Shown here piece after piece: positions 24,259 to 29,169 of a stretch of DNA of 29,169 bases. The stretch's first letter is position 1; every line of letters starts with the position of its first letter. This stretch comes from Bacteroidales bacterium (lineage in GTDB: Bacteria > Bacteroidota > Bacteroidia > Bacteroidales > WCHB1-69): NCBI GenBank assembly GCA_031272025.1, contig JAISUP010000027.1:1-29169 (forward strand), read 5' to 3'. The notes below the pieces were generated by a model. That model ran no database searches, had not been told where the DNA came from, and was given only the letters and a program-made list of their open reading frames with translations. The position numbers and the translations under genes were made by a program.

Positions 24259-26889
24259 TTATTTCACGTCAAAAGTCGCGCTAACGGCTTCATCTTCAGA
24301 ATGCGTTCCCGCGAAGATGCTGTATTTTCCCGCGGGGACTACTTGTTTTCCTGCGGCATTGTCCCATTTGGCTAACGCGGAAACAGGAATGCTCACTTTC
24401 AACGAATAGTTACCCCCTTGAGCAATATTTTTCCGGTCAAAAAAGCGTAACTCTTTTAACGGTAACATTCTTTGTCCATCTTGGGGATATTTGATATAGA
24501 CTTGCGTAACCGCATCGCCCTCGCGATTGCCGGTATTTTTTACCGTGAGCACACATTCTATCGTTTCTTCAGGGGCATAAGATGTCTTGGGTTGTTTTTC
24601 CCATTCATAATTGAAAGTAGTATAAGACAGTCCAAAGCCAAAAGGATACAAAGCTTTGCCGGTAAAATATTTATAGGTCCGGTTTTTCATCGAGTAGTCT
24701 AAGAAATCGGGCAAATCTTTGTCATTTTCGTAGAAAGTAACGGGCAAATGACCTGAGGGGTTGATATTTCCCAGTATCAGGTCAGCGATAGCGTCTCCGG
24801 CGAATTCGCCCCCGTACCATGCCTCTACGATAGCATTCAGGTTACGGGCTTCCCAAGGCAATGCCATCGCGCAGCCGTTCATGAGAACTAATATAACCGG
24901 TTTTCCTGTATTTTTCAATGCTTTTAGGATATCGGTTTGCACTTTTGGTAAGAGCATGGTGGTACGGTCTCCCCCTTTGAAGCCGGGCAAATCCACGCCC
25001 ATTTCTTCGCCTTCCAAACGCGGGGAGATGCCTCCCAAGAACACGATAACATCGGCATCTTTCACTTTTTCGGCAACCAAAGAAGCGGGTATTGCCTTTA
25101 CCGAAGCCAATTGCAGAGCAATACGACCGCCACCAAGTTTTCCTTGACGATGCTCTAACTTAATATGGTATTCTTTTCCTTTGATTAAAGTAGTACGATA
25201 TTTAGCATCGGAAGCCACGTCGTGATTCCATACCGATTCAGATACTTTCTTGTGATCAATGAATAAGCGATAGGCATCATCGTAAGCAATTTTAAAATCT
25301 ACCGTCCCCGATACCGGGGCGATAAAACTACCTTCAAAACGAGTGGAATAGTCTTGAAGATTAACTCCTTTCGCGATGGGGTTTGCATCGCCTCCGGAAG
25401 TAAAGTCTATGTTTTTCGTGGTCGCGGTATAAACAGGTTTGCCTTCCAAATGGTCGTTATTAAAACAAGACATGGCAAAGCCGTCTCCGGTAACGAGATT
25501 TTCGAGGTGTAAGTCTTCCCAAACTTCGTTTTCGGTATAATTACAGCCTTGTTCCGCGATAATTTCCACGTTTGGCAATAATGCTTTCAAACTATTTAAT
25601 GGGGTTTTGGCGAGTTTGGGGTAGCCGGTATAATTGCCCAATTGCATTTCAGGGTTATCCATGTTGGGACCCATGATAGCGATTTTTTTCAAATTTTCTT
25701 TTTTAAGCGGCAATATCCCGTCATTTTTTAAGAGAACCATAGATTCGCGAGCCATTTTCAGGGCTTGTGCTTTGTGGTCTGCATGATTACAAATGGACGT
25801 ATCTATTTTAGCATAAATGTCTTGTTCTATGGGGTCGAACATACCGAGACGGAAACGAATGGTAAAGAGACGTTTGAGGGATATGTCAATTTGGGACTCG
25901 GAAATCAGTCCTTTTTCTACCGCCTCTTTTAGCCCGCGATAGGCTTCGTTTCCGCAATCAACATCGGTACCATGATAGACGGCATCGGCGGCGGCGGCAG
26001 GGGCATCGGGTTTGTATTTATGCGTTTTATAAAAATTGTCAATCGCGCCACAATCTGAGGTTACGTATCCGGTAAATTTCCAATCTTCGCGCAAGATGTC
26101 TAACATAAGATGGTCGCTACCGCAGCAAGGTTGTCCTTCATAGGCATTGTAAGCGCACATTACTCCCGCGACTTTGGATTGGGTTACCAATTCTTGGAAA
26201 GCCGGTAAATAGGTATCCCATAAGTCGTACATAGATATATTTTTAGCGTCAAAGACATGACGCAAGGGTTCGGGACCGCTATGGACAGCATAATGTTTGG
26301 CACAAGCGGCGACTTTCAGTTTCACGGGGTCGGTTCCTTGCAATCCCTTAACGAAAGCAGAGCCTATTTGGGCGGTAAGGAAGGGATCTTCGCCATAGGT
26401 TTCTTGTCCCCGTCCCCAACGCGGGTCACGAAAAATGTTGATATTTGGAGACCAGAAAGTAAGCCCGTGTCCTATCCCCATCACGCTGTCTCTTCTCGAC
26501 ACGTTGTATATCGCCCTGCCTTCTAACGCGATATAGTCGCACATCTGTCTTACCGCAGACGTATCCCAGGTGGCTGCCAACCCTATTGCCTGTGGAAAAA
26601 CCGTAACATGATAATTTTTCATGCTTACCCCTACTCCATGCAATGCCTCACTCCACCAATTGTACTCAGGGATCCCCAAACGCTCAATTGCCGGTGCCCC
26701 ATTGAGCATTTGATCAATCTTCTCTTCTAAGGTAAGACGTGCAACCAAATCCGCCGCACGCTCTTCCGGCGACAATGCCGGATTTTGAAACGGGTATGTG
26801 TATGTTGCCGCTTCTTTTGGCTTGTTACCACAACTCGCGAAAAACAATAGGCATGCTACCACACCCATGAAAATGAAATTTTTTCTCAT
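24259..26889 (-). CDS. Glycoside hydrolase family 3 beta-glucosidase/beta-xylosidase-type enzyme with an inserted PA14 domain and C-terminal FnIII-like domain; lipoprotein signal
   Basis: Lipobox MRKNFIFMGVVACLLFFASCG. GH3 blocks WSPNINIFRDPRWGRGQETYGEDP, KHYAVHSGPE, GYVTSDCGAID. PA14-like segment STRFEGSFIAPVSGTVDFKIAYDDAYRLFIDHK. 876 aa. Confidence 0.85.
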   Translation of the reverse strand: MRKNFIFMGVVACLLFFASCGNKPKEAATYTYPFQNPALSPEERAADLVARLTLEEKIDQMLNGAPAIERLGIPEYNWWSEALHGVGVSMKNYHVTVFPQAIGLAATWDTSAVRQMCDYIALEGRAIYNVSRRDSVMGIGHGLTFWSPNINIFRDPRWGRGQETYGEDPFLTAQIGSAFVKGLQGTDPVKLKVAACAKHYAVHSGPEPLRHVFDAKNISMYDLWDTYLPAFQELVTQSKVAGVMCAYNAYEGQPCCGSDHLMLDILREDWKFTGYVTSDCGAIDNFYKTHKYKPDAPAAAADAVYHGTDVDCGNEAYRGLKEAVEKGLISESQIDISLKRLFTIRFRLGMFDPIEQDIYAKIDTSICNHADHKAQALKMARESMVLLKNDGILPLKKENLKKIAIMGPNMDNPEMQLGNYTGYPKLAKTPLNSLKALLPNVEIIAEQGCNYTENEVWEDLHLENLVTGDGFAMSCFNNDHLEGKPVYTATTKNIDFTSGGDANPIAKGVNLQDYSTRFEGSFIAPVSGTVDFKIAYDDAYRLFIDHKKVSESVWNHDVASDAKYRTTLIKGKEYHIKLEHRQGKLGGGRIALQLASVKAIPASLVAEKVKDADVIVFLGGISPRLEGEEMGVDLPGFKGGDRTTMLLPKVQTDILKALKNTGKPVILVLMNGCAMALPWEARNLNAIVEAWYGGEFAGDAIADLILGNINPSGHLPVTFYENDKDLPDFLDYSMKNRTYKYFTGKALYPFGFGLSYTTFNYEWEKQPKTSYAPEETIECVLTVKNTGNREGDAVTQVYIKYPQDGQRMLPLKELRFFDRKNIAQGGNYSLKVSIPVSALAKWDNAAGKQVVPAGKYSIFAGTHSEDEAVSATFDVK

Positions 26890-26957
26890 CTTATTCTAAA
26901 TTTTAAATAAAAAAAAATGTTAATGAATACAATATTCATGTTCGCTAAAAAGCGAGG

Positions 26958-26965
26958 CAAATTTA
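26958..26965 (-). promoter_or_regulatory. Minus-strand TAAATTTG -7 motif (CAAATTTA on +) about 69 bp upstream of the GH3 ATG. A second candidate is TATTTTTG at 26995-27002.
   Basis: Reverse complement matches TAnnTTTG in the AT-rich leader. Confidence 0.35.
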
Positions 26966-27035
26966 CTAATATTTTCCGAGATACACACAAACTCCAAAAA
27001 TACGAATTAGTTTTGAAAAAAAAAAATGCGTTATT

Positions 27036-27088
27036 GTCTGAACCACGATTTTCATAAGATTTTCTTGATTGCCAAGATTTTTTCAGCA
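27036..27088. repeat. Half copy (left arm GTCTGAACCACGATTTT plus GATT repeats) of the palindromic element family, upstream of the GH3 gene
   Basis: gtctgaaccacgattttcataagattttcttgattgccaagatttttt. No right arm follows. Confidence 0.5.
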
Positions 27089-27120
27089 CACGGATATATT
27101 GCACTCGACAATAAAATTTT

Positions 27121-27200
27121 CTTCGTGTAACTTCGAGGTTCTTCGTGAACCTTCGTGTAATTATTTTAGCTACACGAAGTTACACAAAGAAGGCACGAAT
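27121..27200. repeat. Exact 10-bp periodic repeat array: 4 direct units CTTCGTGTAA-like, a 10-bp spacer, then 3 inverted units TTACACGAAG-like
   Basis: cttcgtgtaa|cttcgaggtt|cttcgtgaac|cttcgtgtaa|ttattttagc|tacacgaagt|tacacaaaga|aggcacgaat. Unit starts fall at 27121/31/41/51 and 27171/81/91. Confidence 0.75.
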
Positions 27201-27258
27201 AACCACAGAGAGTTACAAAAGTAAAAAGTGAAAAATATTTTCGCGTTAATTTGCGGAC

Positions 27259-27295
27259 AAAAAAAAACAGGCAACGACACCACCGCTGCCTGTTT
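27259..27295 (-). terminator. Rho-independent terminator for the minus-strand T9SS cargo gene (stem acaggca / tgcctgt, followed on the minus strand by a T9 run). A second 8-bp hairpin lies at 27312-27333.
   Basis: aaaaaaaaacaggcaacgacaccaccgctgcctgttt: on the minus strand this reads GC-rich stem-loop then UUUUUUUUU. The atcgcggg/cccgcgat hairpin lies just before it. Confidence 0.6.
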
Positions 27296-27339
27296 CTCTT
27301 TCTTTGCCGTCATCGCGGGACCTAACCCGCGATCCCCTT

Positions 27340-27432
27340 GTCTGAACTGTGATTTTCGTATGATTGAGGTGATTACTATGATTTTAAAAATCACACAAAT
27401 CAAATGAATCACTCTAAAATCACAGTTCAGAC
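27340..27432. repeat. Full copy of the ~93-bp imperfect palindromic element with 17-bp perfect terminal inverted repeats GTCTGAACTGTGATTTT, abutting the stop codon of the T9SS cargo gene
   Basis: gtctgaactgtgattttcgtatgattgaggtgattactatgattttaaaaatcacacaaatcaaatgaatcactctaaaatcacagttcagac. The halves are roughly mirror images (GATT/AATC repeats). It ends 3 nt before the TAA at 27436. Confidence 0.8.
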
Positions 27433-27435
27433 GAA

Positions 27436-28677
27436 TTATTCCTTCACCACCTTCACGCCCGCGCTTGCCGTGCCGTTTTCCACGATGCGCAGAATGTAGG
27501 TGCCTTGCGCGAGGTGCGCGATATTGATGGTTTCCCGTAGAGACGTGGCGTGCCGCGTCTCTACAACGCGACCTGACAAATCGAACAGCGCGAGCGTTCC
27601 GTTGGCGGCGCGTTCCAATTCCACGTTCAACTCGTTTTTCGCGGGATTGGGATAAACTTTCATCGGCGCGGCTGCTTGAACGCTACGTATGCCCGTTTCG
27701 GTGCAGGTAGCAAAATTTGCCGTGAAAGTAGTGTCGCTTGCAACATTGACTGTGCGCGGATTGTCGAGATTGCCGTCTGCCCAGCCGAGAAAGACAACGC
27801 CGCCTTTGGGCAAGGCAAGCAATGTGATATTACCGCTGTGATTTGCCGAAGTATTGTCGGGCGTGGTGGTTACAAAGCCGCAACCCGCAAAACTGTAAGC
27901 GTGTCCTTTGGATACATCGCTCGAAAGTACCGTTAAGGTGTTCAAACATTCGGCTTCTACAAGATTGGCAGTTGTCCAAAATACCACATTACTCCCGTAA
28001 GTAAGGTCTCTATTCCAATACTGCGGATAATTTGTCATCGAGAGTTCAAACAATTCCCTTGTTCCACAGGGAATAATGATTTTTGTAGTTGTCGGGTTAT
28101 TGCCAAATGTTTGTTGTTGATTACCATAGGTATTGCCTGTTGCCAAATTATAAAAAATGGCTGTTCCTTTGAAAATAACGCTGTCTAATGGGTAACCTTG
28201 AAACGCTTCCCCTCCAAAATACTGATAATATTCCCCAAATGTTACTTTGGTTAAATTGGGAAATTGTCCGGTCCCAGAAGGAGTTGCATTAAAGGACTGA
28301 AATTGTCGCATAAAGCGTGGCAAAACAAGTTCTGTCAGGTTACTGAAAACATAGCCATCATTATAACCTTCGCCGTGAATTACACCGCCATACAGACGAT
28401 AGGTAACGCCGTTGCCATCAACAACAGTTTCGGGTAAAACCCATTTTGTCAATCCAGCAGGGGCGGAAATAATGATGTTTGCCAAACTGACCGTTTGCAT
28501 TGTTACGCCATCGGGAAAAGTAACGCCGCTATTACCGTCAACTTGGTAAGTCGCCGTCACACCGCTTGCATCGGTGTAATTGAATGTTTGTGCCATCGCG
28601 CTGCTCGAAAGAGCGATTACTGCGAGGAGGGCTGTTGTTTTTGCCACGTTCCTCAAAAAAATACTTTTTGATAACAT
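27436..28677 (-). CDS. Secreted T9SS cargo protein (T9SS C-terminal sorting domain; N-terminal domain unassigned)
   Basis: Trimmed to ATG 28677, giving the signal peptide MLSKSIFLRNVAKTTALLAVIALSSSAMAQ. C-terminal KVYPNPAKNELNVELERAANGTLALFDLSGRVV...GTYILRIVENG matches the T9SS CTD. Marked GC shift between the 5' two-thirds (AT-rich) and the 3' ~500 bp (GC-rich). Confidence 0.65.
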   Translation of the reverse strand: MLSKSIFLRNVAKTTALLAVIALSSSAMAQTFNYTDASGVTATYQVDGNSGVTFPDGVTMQTVSLANIIISAPAGLTKWVLPETVVDGNGVTYRLYGGVIHGEGYNDGYVFSNLTELVLPRFMRQFQSFNATPSGTGQFPNLTKVTFGEYYQYFGGEAFQGYPLDSVIFKGTAIFYNLATGNTYGNQQQTFGNNPTTTKIIIPCGTRELFELSMTNYPQYWNRDLTYGSNVVFWTTANLVEAECLNTLTVLSSDVSKGHAYSFAGCGFVTTTPDNTSANHSGNITLLALPKGGVVFLGWADGNLDNPRTVNVASDTTFTANFATCTETGIRSVQAAAPMKVYPNPAKNELNVELERAANGTLALFDLSGRVVETRHATSLRETINIAHLAQGTYILRIVENGTASAGVKVVKE

Positions 28678-28693
28678 AAAAATAAAAATTTGT

Positions 28694-28745
28694 GTCTGAA
28701 CTTTGATTTTCAAATGATTGTTTTGATGTTTTTGATTGAAAACCA
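28694..28745. repeat. Half copy (left arm GTCTGAACTTTGATTTT plus GATT repeats) of the palindromic element, 17 bp upstream of the T9SS gene ATG
   Basis: gtctgaactttgattttcaaatgattgttttgatgtttttgattgaaaacc. Confidence 0.5.
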
Positions 28746-28934
28746 TTGTCTTCGACGGTTAATATTGAATTTAGAATAACTTTCTGTGTTAGGGGATTGC
28801 GGCTTTGGCTTACGCCGATTTTCAATTCGCCGCAATGACGGTGGAACAGGCGGGGATTGCGGTGTAGGGGCGCGATTAATCGCACACGCCCCAAACCTGT
28901 CAGGTTTTCAAAACCTAACAGGTTTAAATTGAGA

Positions 28935-29025
28935 GTCTGAACTGTGATTTTACTATGATTACAATGATTGATATGATTTTTAATCACAGCAATCAAAAAA
29001 ATCAAGCGAAAATCAAGGTTCAGAC
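28935..29025. repeat. Second full copy of the palindromic element (left arm GTCTGAACTGTGATTTT, right arm AAAATCAAGGTTCAGAC)
   Basis: gtctgaactgtgattttactatgattacaatgattgatatgatttttaatcacagcaatcaaaaaaatcaagcgaaaatcaaggttcagac. Confidence 0.75.
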
Positions 29026-29169
29026 AACGTTTTTCGGGGGGGGTAAATGTCAAAATTTTCGCGAAAGCGCAACACAGGGGCTTTAAAACGCCAAATAGAG
29101 GCATTTTATTTGCGGGATGCAACCCCGTGGCGGGCGATATGTAAAATTTTGTTGGCATTTTAGTTGGGT

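Noticed and set aside
27121-27200. Possible CRISPR array
   Set aside because: Units are 10 bp with no unique spacers, arranged as direct plus inverted sets. This is incompatible with CRISPR repeat-spacer architecture.
27170-27412. 80-aa minus-strand ORF
   Set aside because: It covers the 10-bp repeat array, the terminator hairpins and the palindromic element; the translation is low-complexity. Judged non-coding.
27340-27432. CRP-type site suggested by TGTGA ... TCACA within the palindromic element
   Set aside because: The two half-sites are about 55 bp apart rather than the 6-bp spacing of CRP/FNR boxes. The resemblance comes from the element's terminal inverted repeats.
28746-28934. Possible tRNA or other known RNA gene in the GC-rich spacer
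   Set aside because: No GTTCGAATC-type T-loop or acceptor-stem pairing was found on either strand. It is left as an unclassified structured segment.
28538-29158. 206-aa minus-strand ORF
   Set aside because: It spans two palindromic-element copies and the GC-rich structured spacer, has a low-complexity translation with no recognisable domain, and extends past the signal-peptide ATG of the real T9SS gene. Judged an artefact of repeat and non-coding sequence.

Overview
The window reads as a chromosomal segment from a Bacteroidota (Bacteroidales-like) genome with a type IX secretion system (T9SS). Evidence for this: the Bacteroidetes -7 promoter motif TAnnTTTG recurs upstream of several genes, three secreted proteins carry T9SS C-terminal sorting domains, and there is a PorQ-like outer-membrane protein plus a TonB-dependent receptor. 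Housekeeping genes present: glgB (GH13 branching enzyme), prfA (RF1), parC-like topoisomerase IV subunit A, serC, mutS2, yceD-rpmF, rdgB, and a GH3 beta-glucosidase with a PA14 domain. Accessory content: (i) a tightly packed plus-strand cluster at 23-4643, preceded by a small HTH regulator gene. It encodes an SPFH/DUF4339 protein, three small proteins, and two adjacent paralogous membrane proteins. The paralogs share an apparently uncharacterised ~150-aa domain with a conserved C-TG-x-ETCE-x-x-TW motif but carry different membrane anchors (zinc-ribbon + TM2 versus DUF4190-like). (ii) A minus-strand string serC, TonB-dependent receptor, T9SS cargo, T9SS S1 protease. (iii) An orphan CstII/GT42-like glycosyltransferase. 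(iv) A family of ~90-bp imperfect palindromic elements with 17-bp terminal inverted repeats GTCTGAACTGTGATTTT: two full copies and three half copies, all in gene-flanking regions, two of them bracketing a compositionally mosaic T9SS cargo gene. (v) An exact 10-bp periodic repeat array, 4 direct plus 3 inverted units, upstream of the GH3 gene. No rRNA, tRNA or CRISPR array was found. The six-frame track uses alternative start codons (GTG/TTG shown as M); several ORF 5' ends were trimmed to internal ATGs that begin signal peptides or conserved N-termini.
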